DNA of 63,848 nucleotides, filler included, from Octopus bimaculoides (Eukaryota): assembly GCF_001194135.2 (NCBI RefSeq). It is 4 parts of 4 records of this genome, joined end to end, with 100 filler letters (N's around TTAATTAATTAA, not from the genome) between each part and the next. Parts side by side here need not be neighbours in the genome. Positions count along the whole stretch, not along the records: positions 46,865 to 56,011 come from NC_069001.1; positions 56,112 to 63,848 come from NC_068987.1; 2 more parts are not named here. The stretch is one strand, 5' to 3'. The notes beneath the pieces were generated by a model, which did not search any database, was not told the origin of the DNA, and saw only the letters and a list, made by a program, of their open reading frames with translations. Each line of letters opens with the position of its first letter. The first letter of the stretch is position 1. The translations under genes and the position numbers were made by a program. This document shows, in pieces, positions 50,962-63,433 of the stretch.

Positions 50962-51499
50962 GTATGTTTTCTTAGTTACTTATTCATTTGAGTATTTATA
51001 TATTTTGTTTTGTAGTGGAATGAACACCTCTAAAAACATTTATACCGATATGCCCCCCCACCCATCCACCTTTTAATTCCTGCACTTAAAAGTGGATGAA
51101 AAAATTCTTCATTACAGATATTGTTGTTTGCTTCTGACTAGAACACAGTAACATTTCAATTTTGTTAGTGTTAGAGTTGGCTCAGGATGTAAAATTTGAA
51201 TCAACTTCTCTCTGTTCTTTTTGGTTTCAAATTTGCGCACAAGGTTAACAATTTTGGGATGGGGTGGGGTGGGAACTAAGTTGATCGCATTGCGATCCCA
51301 AAAGGATGAAAGGCAAAGTCAATCTCAGTGGAATTTGAACTCAGAACATGAAGATAGACGAAATGCCACTAAGCATTTTGCCTAATGTGGTAACAATTCT
51401 GTCAGCTTGCCGTCTTTAACTTCTCTGTTATTTAGTGATACTTTTGATATTGGTCATTGTGGCTAAGGCATTAACCAAACAAGTTGATACATGTAAATC

Positions 51500-52900
51500 C
51501 TGCTACTAAAAACAAGATGATCTTCTGAGAGAATCCTTAAGTCAACCATTTATCTCAAGGTTATCATTTATAATTTGAACTAACTACAAATACAAGAAGA
51601 ATAGATGCAAATGATGGAGCATACTAGAACACCAACAGAAGTTAACATTGTGGGTATCATCTCTATTTGGAACCAAAGAGAAAATGCTACAGGATGACCA
51701 ATCAGAATGCTTAGTAATAATCCGCAGAGCTAAACAATTACCTATCAATATAACCTTATTGTTAATGTTCTATTTGTGATTATTCCAGTTATTTCATGCT
51801 AGTTTACTTAATGTTAGTTTTCGGACTTGACATAGGTGTGGTATCTGACTATGGAAAATTCTTGTGGTTAAAGAATATAAGGGAAGATATGGTGAGATCA
51901 AATCTCATGGTGTAAGTACTCCACAAATGAAATACCATACTATGGATAAGTGAAATCCATTCTAAAATCCAACTGGTTTGTCATATCTTTTTTGTTAGAC
52001 AGCTGTAACCAAGATGCATTTCACCATGCTGCACTAATAATCTGTACCCATTCCCTCCATTAACTTTGGTGTGTCTTCAATTTTATGTTGCATGTCTTGA
52101 CCAATTACATCAATGTAGCTGAGTGGCCTTCATCTCCTTAATAAAGGAAACAGAAATCTTCAGTATATAATATCTAATATGGCTTGGTGTTCAGCATGAT
52201 AGCAGTGACTTGCAAAGCAATTACTGCATTGAGCAATAATTATAGAGATACTTGAATGCTAGATGTTTTGCAGCTTGTTAAAGGCAGACTTACATGCAGG
52301 CTTGCCCTTTGAATATCAGGAAGTATATCTTGTCAGTGACAAAAGAGCTGATATACTTGCAGTCACTGGCCTTTTGAGTTGTGTGCCATCTTTAGAATAA
52401 ATTGGCAGGTGGCTTTCATCCTCATTAATGATTATCTTACTCAGCCTTCATTGCATTGAGAAAGAATCTGGTCTTGATTGCAGCAGTCTTAAGCTATATT
52501 AACAAGTCATGCATATCATACATTTGATGAGATGTGAAGGCAATATCATCAGCATATGCTCTACTGGTGTCATGATTGCTTTTGCTTCACGGTGAGGCTA
52601 TTGTCTTGGACAGGGGAATCAAGACTTTGACTATGGATGTAACCACTCATAACCACACAGATAAATGTAATTAGAGGGTTTCCTTGAAGGATTCTTTCCA
52701 ATGTTGGAAACACTTAAGGAGTAGATATCATAACTTGCATTAAATAAAAGACCTGTTCAAGATTTATAGTACATAAATATGCCACAGAAACCAAAGTAAA
52801 GCACTATGGCTTTGGACATCTCTAGTTTGTGGAAGGATTACTGTATTAAGCTGATTAATTGTGGAAGATGAAACTGAGATGAAACTTTGACCACCATTTT
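51500..52900 (-). mobile_element. Highly degraded non-LTR retrotransposon in the annexin intron
   Basis: RAYADDIAF RT catalytic motif at about 52535-52565 on the minus strand; many stops. Confidence 0.55.
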
Positions 52901-52977
52901 AGGTAAAATGCGGAATTTAGCTGTGACGTGTTTAACATGACTTCTGTTGATTTATTACCTTTTGAATTTCTCTGCAG

Positions 52978-53057
52978 CATTTAATCGGAATCTGGAAAAG
53001 GATATTATGTCTGACACAAGTGGATATTTTAAACGTTTGCTTGTTTCATGCTGTCAG
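52978..53057 (+). CDS. ANXA7: Annexin (A7-like) exon, second half of repeat 2 (SFNRNLEKDIMSDTSGYFKRLLVSCCQ)
   Basis: tttctctgcAG acceptor, GTAAGT donor, 80 nt, phase 1/0. LEKDIxSDTSGxFxRLLVSxCQ motif. Joins the 50961 exon in frame. Confidence 0.92.
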
Positions 53058-55863
53058 GTAAGTGGAAAATTTTTAATATTTGAGAAAATCGTTGAAGGTA
53101 AATAGTTGATTATTAAGTACCAGATTAGAAACTGTATATCCTAGTTTTTACAATAGGTGCATCATATCCCTGTTTGTTGTAAGGGGCAACCAAAAGGAAG
53201 GGCATCCAGCCATAAAGTACTACCTCTAACCCATACCAACATGGAAATGTGATCCTCTATTTGGAATTAATCTGGTCATATGCTTCTTATATTGATTGAA
53301 GGCAAACAACATATATGGTTAATATGAATCATCAAGCTACTTCTTTGCACCTTCAGCTGTTAAAGTTTGTGTTTAAAGGCTATACCCTGGTGGCTTTTTC
53401 AGTTATTTTAAAGAAGTTACATACAATCAATCATAAGACCAAACTTACAAAATTAAAAAAATGTTGTTGGTTTTATCAAAAGGCTATAAAAGTAAAAGTA
53501 TATAAAAGTTATAAACTATAAAAATGCTACAAAAAAAAAAAAAACCCCAGGAACATCTTTGTTTATCAGTTCAAATATGTAAATTCTATTAATGTTAAAA
53601 CTAAAAGATTTTACTTAACAAGTGACTATTTCAAAAGAAATAAACTCGTATTCTTCTTTTTTGAGAATAAAGCATTATTAGAATTAAAGAATTAAGTGAA
53701 TATGAAATTTGAATTTATTATAATAGATAAGAAATTTTAATTTATAAAGAAACATTGCATGTATTGAACAGGGATTAAATAAAACATCTACTTCCAAAAT
53801 TCAGTAATATTTTCCTCTTGGAAACACAATTTACTAATATTTTATTCTTAGAATCAGACTTAAGGAATTCTTTGAAGGAGAAACTTCTATCAGATCCTTT
53901 TTCATAGAAGCCCTTAAATCTGAGGTGCTTATTTTCAAAATGATATTCATGAAATTAGTCAAACTAGTATCTATGAAGTTGGAAATTTTAATGCATTATA
54001 TCACAATATATATTTTGTTGGTGTCAAGATCGGTACACTTTTACAGATTACACTTCCAGTAATCTTATAATTACTTCCAACACACCCTTCTCTAGATAGA
54101 ACACAGTGTTCTGAATATCTTAACTCAGTCAGCGATCGGGAACTGATAATCTCATCTTTCTGGAATGCTGCTCTCAATGGGCTAACATTCATTCCAAGAT
54201 GAAGGTTTATACGGCCTTGTATGGATATTTAAATAAAAGCAGCAGTTTCCAAATGTATTTTGGTGTCGAACCTGTAACATGGTTTTTAGAAAATCATGGA
54301 AACTGTATTTTACAGAAACCCACCAGAGGTAGAATTTATTTTTATAAAAAAAAAAAAATTATTTTGAAATTGGTGAAAACCAGTTTTATAAAATAATTTT
54401 TTGCTAAATTCTTTTAAAAACACCTTTTCTCTCTGAATCGTAGAATTTTTTATAGAACTCTGAGCAACCATGACTCAAGAAGTTGAGGGCTACAAACCTT
54501 TTCATAGAAATTGTTGGATGCTCTGATGTGCATTACTTTTTCTTTGTTAGTTTTAGGTGGATCAGTACCTGTAACCATTTTTGGCTCTCTTGAACTGATG
54601 GACCTACTGAGTGGAGTTAATTTTTCAATTTAAATGGCTATGGGCTGATGGTTAGATGGCGAATATAGGCAAAGAGAGGACTTCAGTTTTTCAATACTGT
54701 GTATATAGAACCAAGGAAAGCGTTAAGGGAATTGCAATAAGAGACAGCAGGAATGGTGGAAGGACGGAAGGTAGTTGTTGGTTACGGTGTGGCATTTAAT
54801 GCATGAACTTCAAAGGATCAGGAGTCATTGTAAAGATGTGTATATGTCTCTGTGGGATCTTTGCAGTCAAGCAGCTGAAAGTTACCAAAATATACTTTTA
54901 TATAACATTATAAAAACTGAAATATATAAATATTCATCATTTATAGCCAATAAACACTCCAGCCTTGAGCAGCTATTTACTCACTACAAGATTGAACAAT
55001 GTAGTATTGCTCTCCGTATACATTGTTACACCTCCTTCCATCACAAACATCCCTAAACCACATTCAGAAGTAATCAACTAGCTTGGTCAATCCACCCTCC
55101 TTTACAGAATATTGCCCCTTCAGCATATAGTCTACTCCCTTTCAGTATATTTGTTTCTTGAATCTTCCTTAATATCAACTCAACTTCTCATAATTTACTG
55201 TTGCACTTACTTATTGCAGCTACTTTTCTCATTCTTACATGTACTTAATTTCTCTGTATTTTTCTCTCCTTATTCCTATCTATAAAACCCCACATGAAAC
55301 ACAATATGCAATCCATTATTTCAATGATTAACACTTTCATACCCCCATTTTAAAATACACCCAACCTTCCATTTTACTTCTCCTCAAACATTGCACTATT
55401 GTGTTATCAACACAACTAAAATTTTCACATATTTTATGTTATACTCACAATCTCTGATTATATTTCATAAAAACTGCTTGTCAGTAACATATCTATAACT
55501 ACATCTCAAAGGCTAAGATTCCTCTTCAAGACTAGTGGCTAATCTGCTACTTAGCACAACTATAACCCACATTACATTATTGCTCACATATTTGGAACTG
55601 AACAAATGCTATACACACAAAACCATTTTAAATTGCATCCAGTTGATTAACTCAACATCCTATTGAAAATTTTCTAAGTCAAAAGCCCAATGGTTTTGCT
55701 ACAGAACAGAAATTAATGATTGAAGAAGGGATTAGGAATTTCTCCCTATTTTAGTTCCTCACTTTCTTCAAAATGAATGTAAACAAGGCTATTATTATTG
55801 TTGTGATATGTGTTTCATGAGTAATTAACTAATGCAGTCCTTTGTGTATTGTGTCATACAGGA

Positions 55864-56011
55864 GGAGTGGAGGCGCAATGGCCCAGTGGTTAGGACAGCG
55901 GACTCGCGGTCATAGGATCGCAGTTTCGATTCCCAGATCGGGCGTTGTGAGTGTTTATTGAGCGAAAACATCTAAAGCTCCGCGAGGCTCCAGCAGGGGA
56001 TGGTGGCGAAC
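55864..56011 (+). mobile_element. SINE family E head
   Basis: tRNA-like A/B boxes followed by the family E body; truncated by the join. Confidence 0.85.
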
Positions 56012-56111
56012 NNNNNNNNNNNNNNNNNNNNNNNNNNNNNNNNNNNNNNNNNNNNTTAATTAATTAANNNNNNNNNNNNNNNNNNNNNNNNNNNNNNNNN
56101 NNNNNNNNNNN
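56012..56111. other. Artificial assembly join (44 N + TTAATTAATTAA + 44 N)
   Basis: Same 100-nt construct as at 16619. Confidence 0.95.
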
Positions 56112-56160
<49 letters not shown>

Positions 56161-56829
56161 TAGATAGTAAGTTAGATAGATAGTTAGACAGACAGACAGA
56201 CAGACATGTAGTCACACAGATAGAAAGGCAGAGAGACAGACAGACAGATAGACAGACAGTGAGAGAGATAAGTAGATCTTAACAACGTATATACATGTGT
56301 TTATGTGCTTTTCATAAACATGGACACACACACACACATACTTACCTAACTACAGTTATACGTTCGTGCATGCTTACATACATACATACATGCATACATA
56401 CATACATATAAATATACATTCATATATAAACATCTCTATCAAATTACTGTCCACCATCATTACAAGAATTCTATTCCACAATACTCTCTCATTAGCCATT
56501 TGAGAGTAAAGAAATGAAGGGTTTCTGTGAATAAGAACGATATGAATATCATTCCATGATGATAATGATGATGATGATGATGATATAGATGAGGAGGAGG
56601 AGGAGGAGGAGGAGGANNNNNNNNNNNNNNNNNNNNNNNNNNNNNNNNNNNNNNNNNNNNNNNNNNNNNNNNNNNNNNNNNNNNNNNNNNNNNNNNNNNN
56701 NNNNNNNNNNNNNNNNNNNNNNNNNNNNNNNNNNNNNNNNNNNNNNNNNNNNNNNNNNNNNNNNNNNNNNNNNNNNNNNNNNNNNNNNNNNNNNNNNNNN
56801 NNNNNNNNNNNNNNNNNNNNNNNNNNNNN

Positions 56830-57400
56830 ATTGAGAAATCCATACCTTATGTAAATGGATCGAATAAATGTAGACTTTGTTTGGCTGAAAGAGCGCAGAT
56901 CCTGTTCAGATCTAAGATCCTGTTCAGATCTAAGATCCTTAACGCTCTATTGAACTCCAAGTCAGAAATTTTCAGTAGCTGCATGCATATGTATAAATGT
57001 ATTTTGAAGAACTGGAAAATTCTGCCTATACCCGACTGACTTGATATCTTTCTAGCTTTATCATTAGGAAGATTTCTCATTTACATTTTTACTTTATATT
57101 TTTTACAGTGTAGTTTCTGTTTTTCGTTTTCCGTTTTTCGTTTTCCGTTGTTTACTGTCTGTGTTTTCTACATGCTGCCTTCTCAGTTTTTTCGCGTTTC
57201 TTCTATTATTCAATTTCTTTAGTTCGTTATGATATGTGGCTTGCGCCTGAAGAATATGTCTGAGTTTTCTCAGCATATGAAACTATTAGTAGCGCTTTAA
57301 TACATATATTGTGACCGTTAAATAAATAATATTTATCTCTCAGCAGATGGAGTACTTTTTTGTTGAATTTTCTATCCATTTCTAAGTAAGTTTTATCTTA
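56830..57400 (+). mobile_element. Penelope-like element 3' end (GIY-YIG C-terminus plus pLTR)
   Basis: Open frame 56830-57039: PYVNGSNKCRLCLAERAQIL...LLNSKSEIFSSCMHMYKCILKNW*. A hammerhead follows about 200 nt downstream. Confidence 0.8.
57231..57308 (+). ncRNA. Type I hammerhead ribozyme, apparently intact (predicted GUA cleavage after 57291)
   Basis: gcgc-CTGAAGA-atatg(t)ctgag(tttt)ctcagcatat-GAA-ACT(att)AGT-A-gcgc; stem I is extended by atatgt/acatat across an internal loop. Confidence 0.85.
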
Positions 57401-59024
57401 ATAATTACGATGCGCACTCTTATTCTATCTCTTCTCTGTCTATCGATATATCTCTTGTTCTTCCTTTCTGTTTTTCTCTCCCACCTTTTCCCTATTCTTT
57501 TCATCTCTCTTTCACCGTTCCCTCTCTCTTTCTCACTCCTCCTCCTTGACTCTTTCGTTGCTCACATGTGACGAAAGGCCATCCATCTTTCTTTTTTCCA
57601 CTTCCTTCCTAAAGACAAGACGTGCTTTTTATATGTCTCTTCTCAAAGCTCGTTTTTCCAGCGTTCATAATCTTCACATCGTCTTGGCTTAACAGCCCTC
57701 ACCATTTGTTTTTACTGTTTTGTTCTCACTGTCCTGTTTTTGTTACCACTTTCAACCTCCGCAAAAAATCCCAAATTTGATTTAATTTGCTTTACAAGGA
57801 AGGACTGTTTTAACGAAGTCGCGTATTGTCCTTACCTTCGAAACACGGAGTAGATAAAACAGAGGACAACTGATGAAGGGAATGTTCTTAATGTTGCATG
57901 TCTCGCTTCTTTGTTTATTTTTGTTGTTGTTCGAAAATAAGTTCGTTTTCTGTGTTTTTGTTTTTTTATGTTTTCGTTTCTCATTGTGTCTACGTATTTT
58001 TAGATGTCCTGTACCCATATATGCATGTATATATGCATATATATGTAGGTATGTACATATATGTATGTATATATGCATNNNNNNNNNNNNNNNNNNNNNN
58101 NNNNNNNNNNNNNNNNNNNNNNNNNNNNNNNNNNNNNNNNNNNNNNNNNNNNNNNNNNNNNNNNNNNNNNNNNNNNNNNNNNNNNNNNNNNNNNNNNNNN
58201 NNNTATATATATATAAATAATTCCAAGAGTTAGAGGTTGTGAATCCAACCAACTAAGGGATGATATCTATCTAATATACTGCTGGTAGAGTAGCCAACTA
58301 TTAATACACAAGTGTTTTTAATTGCATGGCAATTACATTACGGAGTGTAATAAATGGGTGAGGGTAAAAAGTTATTTTACCCTTAATTTATATTGCAATA
58401 AGAAAATGGAGGGGATTAAGAGTTGGTATTCATCAACTTATTGACATTAACTTTATGAACATTACAAAATATTTTTTTAATGTTTAACACACTTCGAGAT
58501 TGTAATTTTTTTTTTTAAATACAATAATAAACGTGAAAATCAGACCATGGTTTACTTTATTCAAGTGATAAATTATTCTATACACATTTACACAAATTCG
58601 GTATATATATATATATATATATATATAAAGAAAATGGAGGGGATCAAGCGTTGGTATTCATCAACTTATAGACATTATATTATCTCTATTTATTTTTTTT
58701 TGTTATTGTATTAAAAACAAAATTGACAGTCCCGAAGTGTGTTAAACATAAAAAAAAAAAATTTGTAATGTTCATAAAGTTTAGCTCGCACTTTCATACG
58801 TTCGTAGTAATAATCAGATTTCAAATGTATTTAACTGACAGTTGAGTTCTTGGCAACTGTAGTAAAATTACTGATTTCTTCCTTTTTATACCTCTTAGAA
58901 AGCTCCATCAAGCTGAATCTTTGGAATACAATTTTGGCCAATCTGCATGCATCTTAAACGTCACAGTTTGCCGGGTGTGCCAATATTACTGGCACAGACC
59001 CCGCCTTTATTTTAACCAATTAGC

Positions 59025-59580
59025 TTGCTGTTTACATCTAATGGTTTTATGAGTGAGCAAACTTAGTTGTTTTATCTTGTTTGTTCATGCTGATCTACTG
59101 CCTTAAATGCCCTAATTGCGAGGAACAATATACAGGGAATTCATTATCGGAACGCTCACGAGTCCACAGACAACAAATACGGAGCACTAATGTTCGCCAA
59201 ATTCCATTGAGCGAACGTATAGAAACATGTGGTCAGAAAATGTTTCTAATTTTTCCTTTCCACAAACTACATGACACAAATGAGGTTGGAAGAAAGATAA
59301 AAGAAAAACGTTTTATTAAAAGGTTCAAACTTGTTCTGAATAGAAATAACAACAATAATATAACAACCAGTTAATTATGTGGATTAAAACTTATCTATGA
59401 ATATAAACTTAACATATGAATATAAACAAATTACAGAAGACTCCCACAAATTGACATAAAAACGATCGAAACCAACTTAGTTTGTTCACTCGTAAAACCA
59501 TTACATGTAAACAGCAATCTTGCGTAGTAATCCTGTGGCTTGAAAAGCGTCCAGTTGCTAATCAGTTCGTTTAACAGTCA
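59025..59580 (+). mobile_element. Penelope-like GIY-YIG fragment bracketed by a 45-bp inverted repeat
   Basis: LIYCLKCPNCEEQYTG..LSERSRVHRQQIR..RKIKEKRFIKRFKLVLN; inverted repeat at 59025-59069 / 59473-59517 (41/45 identical). Confidence 0.85.
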
Positions 59581-61204
59581 AAGCATTATTCACATTTTCC
59601 ATTCAGAAAATATCTGATTCTATTTGTTCATCTTCATCTTGGTAAATCCCTTCTCCTTTTTGTTCCGTCCATTTTCTTCAAAAATGATGCTTTCCTCAAG
59701 TCAGACATTTACAATCATAGCATATCAAAAATACTTCAGTACCAGTTGTACACTCATGTTAAATAAATATTTACTTCGTATTTCGTCTTTTACTCGTGTT
59801 AGTCATTCAACTGCGGTCATGCTGGAGTACCACCTTAAAAGGTTTTATGGTACAAATCTACTCCAGTAGGTATTTTAAAGTTTGGTACATATTCTATCAA
59901 CCTCTTTTGCCGAACTTTTACTTTGCGGGAACGTAAACAACCCAACACCGATTGTCAAGCGATGGTAAGATAAACACTTACNNNNNNNNNNNNNNNNNNN
60001 NNNNNNNNNNNNNNNNNNNNNNNNNNNNNNNNNNNNNNNNNNNNNNNNNNNNNNNNNNNNNNNNNNNNNNNNNNNNNNNNNNNNNNNNNNNNNNNNNNNN
60101 NNNNNNNNNNNNNNNNNNNNNNNNNNNNNNNNNNNNNNNNNNNNNNNNNNNNNNNNNNNNNNNNNNNNNNNNNNNNNNNNNNNNNNNNNNNNNNNNNNNN
60201 NNNNNNNNNNNNNNNNNNNNNNNNNNNNNNNNNNNNNNNNNNNNNNNNNNNNNNNNNNNNNNNNNNNNNNNNNNNNNNNNNNNNNNNNNNNNNNNNNNNN
60301 NNNNNNNNNNNNNNNNNNNNNNNNNNNNNNNNNNNNNNNNNNNNNNNNNNNNNNNNNNNNNNNNNNNNNNNNNNNNNNNNNNNNNNNNNNNNNNNNNNNN
60401 NNNNNNNNNNNNNNNNNNNNNNNNNNNNNNNNNNNNNNNNNNNNNNNNNNNNNNNNNNNNNNNNNNNNNNNNNNNNNNNNNNNNNNNNNNNNNNNNNNNN
60501 NNNNNNNNNNNNNNNNNNNNNNNNNNNNNNNNNNNNNNNNNNNNNNNNNNNNNNNNNNNNNNNNNNNNNNNNNNNNNNNNNNNNNNNNNNNNNNNNNNNN
60601 NNNNNNNNNNNNNNNNNNNNNNNNNNNNNNNNNNNNNNNNNNNNNNNNNNNNNNNNNNNNNNNNNNNNNNNNNNNNNNNNNNNNNNNNNNNNNNNNNNNN
60701 NNNNNNNNNNNNNNNNNNNNNNNNNNNNNNNNNNNNNNNNNNNNNNNNNNNNNNNNNNNNNNNNNNNNNNNNNNNNNNNNNNNNNNNNNNNNNNNNNNNN
60801 NNNNNNNNNNNNNNNNNNNNNNNNNNNNNNNNNNNNNNNNNNNNNNNNNNNNNNNNNNNNNNNNNNNNNNNNNNNNNNNNNNNNNNNNNNNNNNNNNNNN
60901 NNNNNNNNNNNNNNNNNNNNNNNNNNNNNNNNNNNNNNNNTATATTTGACTTATACTTAATGGTTAAATATAGCTGTATACAGAAATGTTAACATCGGAT
61001 TAAATACATTGATATGGATATTGGCGTCAAGTCTCTTTCTTAAATGTAAGAATTTGGATATTTATAAACAAGGAAAACGATCCCTAAGGAGTCTAATTTA
61101 GATTTTTTGAGGTGAAATCTCATGCTACATTGGTAACGATTGCATAGTTTACTTTGAAAAATTATATATATATATATATAACTTACTTGGAAAGGGATGC
61201 GTGG

Positions 61205-61327
61205 GGTTCGATGGAGCTTTAGGTGTTTTCGCTCAATAAACACTCACAACGCCCGGTCTGGGAATCGAAACCGCGATCCTATGACCGCGAGTCCGCTGCC
61301 CTAACCACTGGGCCATTGCGCCTCCAC
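61205..61327 (-). mobile_element. SINE family E head
   Basis: Reverse complement of the 55866 head. Confidence 0.85.
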
Positions 61328-62012
61328 AAATAAATAAATAAATAAATAAATAAAAAATATATAAACAGATATACATGTGTATACATATAAAGTAAATGAA
61401 CTGTAATTTATTTCATTCTATTTTATGTTTTATTCATATATTTTTTTTACCTTTCATATATCTCTCTTTCTTTGTTTTGTTTTTTTAGTACGTTCCAACT
61501 ATGGTCATTCTGGTATCTGTAAAGGGTACCAAATACATCTTGTCTGCTACTACATAATGAGAAAACTTTCTAAATGCAGCAGAGTTCTGGTGTTCACGTG
61601 CCATGATTCGATTCGATAAGTAATCTGTTTATTATATTACAGCACAATTATGTAAGTTTTCTCTCAGCTATGCAATTCCCGGGCATGCCAGCACATGCTT
61701 TTACAAGCCATGAGCATAAGAGTCATGAACTGGCTAGGTAACTTGCCTTCAACCCTGGGGTGTACGTGATGTTGACAAGCCACAAAAATGGCGAAACATC
61801 CGTGTCAGTCACTCCCAAATGAGACTGAAAGCGAGTTAACTCGCCTGTCTATGACCGAGGTGTTTTAACACCTGGCGCTTTGAGAAAGTCTATACTCCAC
61901 CACGCTATTGCAGTCACCGGAAAATACACGAAGCATTTACGTCAAGTATATGTGGTTAATAATATTTATTATACAAGAGCTGCTTTAATTTCACATGTAA
62001 ACTTGATATATA

Positions 62013-63293
62013 TAGGGGTTGGACAAAATAATGGAAACACCTTAAAATTTCAAGCAAATTTATTTTGATATGGGGTAGGACCACCTTTGGCAGTAATTAC
62101 AACTTGAATTCTACGAGGTATGGACTCGTACAAAGTTTGAATTGTTTCCAAATGAATTTTTGTCCATTTTCAGCTAAAACAGTCTCCAGTTCTTGTAGTG
62201 ATGACGATGGAGGATATCGACTCCTTACTTGTTTTCCTAAAATGCACAATAAATGTTCAAAAATATTGAGTTCTGGGGACTGTGTTCAAATTCACTAGAA
62301 TGTTCCTAGTGCCATTTAGTAACAACTTTAGGGGTGTGAATTTGTGAATTATCATCCTGAAATATTGCATTATCATCCTGAAATATTGCATTTCCCTCCG
62401 GAAACATTTTCACAACCATAGGATGAATTTAATCAGCTAAATGCTTAAATAGTCTTGACTATTAATTCTGCCATGAAAGAAAACCATTGGGCCTGCGGAT
62501 TTCCAAAATATAGCCCCCGCCCCAGATCATATCAGATCCTCCTCCATGTTTAATAGTTGGAAGAAGGCAGTCTGGGTCAAATGCTTCTTTTGGCTGTCTC
62601 TACACGTATACTCGGCCGGTGGTCGGAAATACGGTAAAGGATGATTCGTCCGAGAAAATTGCATTCTTCCACTGCTCTAGGGACGAATTCTGTAGGGTTT
62701 TACTCCACTCTAAATGCCTTGCAACGTTTATTTTTGAAAGTAGTGGTTTTCTAATTGCAGCCCTCCCGTGAAACCCTGCTTTGTGCAGCTCCCGGTGAAC
62801 AGTTTTTGCGGAAATTGGGTTCTCGAGGTGGTCATTAAGCTGTGCAGTAATTTTGGGAGCTGTACTTTTGTGATCCTTTCTAACAATTTGCGTAAGAGTC
62901 TGATGGTCCCTAGCTGAAAGTTTTGGTTTTCTTCTGGAGTTTTGTTTCGACGAGGTGGTTTTTCCCTCTTTCTCAGGGACTGTCATTACTTTCGAGACAG
63001 TACTTCTTGATACACCAAACATTTCGACTGTCTTTCGTTACGCTAGCACCTGCCATACGAGCACCAACAATTTGATCTCTTTGAAAGTCAAATAGATCTG
63101 TCATTTTAATGAATTTTAATTACCTTTTTCTTATGATATCTGAAAAGTAACAGCAATTTTAGCAAAGCATATTAAGCAACACTAATAATAAATCAAAAAA
63201 CCTAAAAATAAACAAGCTTTTCAAGGTTTTCTAGATATTTCAAAATTATGAGGCTATGATGCTAGGTGTTTCCATTATTTTGTTCAACCCCTG
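62013..63293 (-). mobile_element. Tc1 element with both TIRs, transposase disrupted
   Basis: TA|(t)aggggttggacaaaataatggaaacacct ... aggtgtttccattattttgttcaacccctg|TA; ORF 63022-62600 reads FGVSRSTVSKV..GFHGRAAIRKPLL..WKNAIFSDESSF. Confidence 0.93.
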
Positions 63294-63313
63294 TATGTGT
63301 ATGTATGTATTAC

Positions 63314-63367
<54 letters not shown>

Positions 63368-63433
63368 CTATACATACATACACACATATATATATATACA
63401 TATGCATTAAACTGAACATGAACTTTATATATA

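Noticed and set aside
54001-54290. Minus-strand frame with REGC, reminiscent of the M1AP N-terminus
   Set aside because: It has in-frame stops on both sides, no donor site, and similarity limited to a few residues.
55866-55940. tRNA gene
   Set aside because: It is a tRNA-like head that continues into a repeated SINE body, with copies at 37095 and 61327. No complete acceptor stem is evident.
19541-60992. Long ORFs in the track dominated by X, or by YI/TH/CV runs
   Set aside because: They read through N gaps and (TA)n/(CA)n microsatellites. Only the CR1 part of 19541-20800 is a real coding relic.
61765-61875. TTGACAA-gcca/tggc-GAAA motif and adjacent short palindromes
   Set aside because: The core has two mismatches, position 17 would be G, and there is no stem I. 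The palindromes are short enough to be chance.
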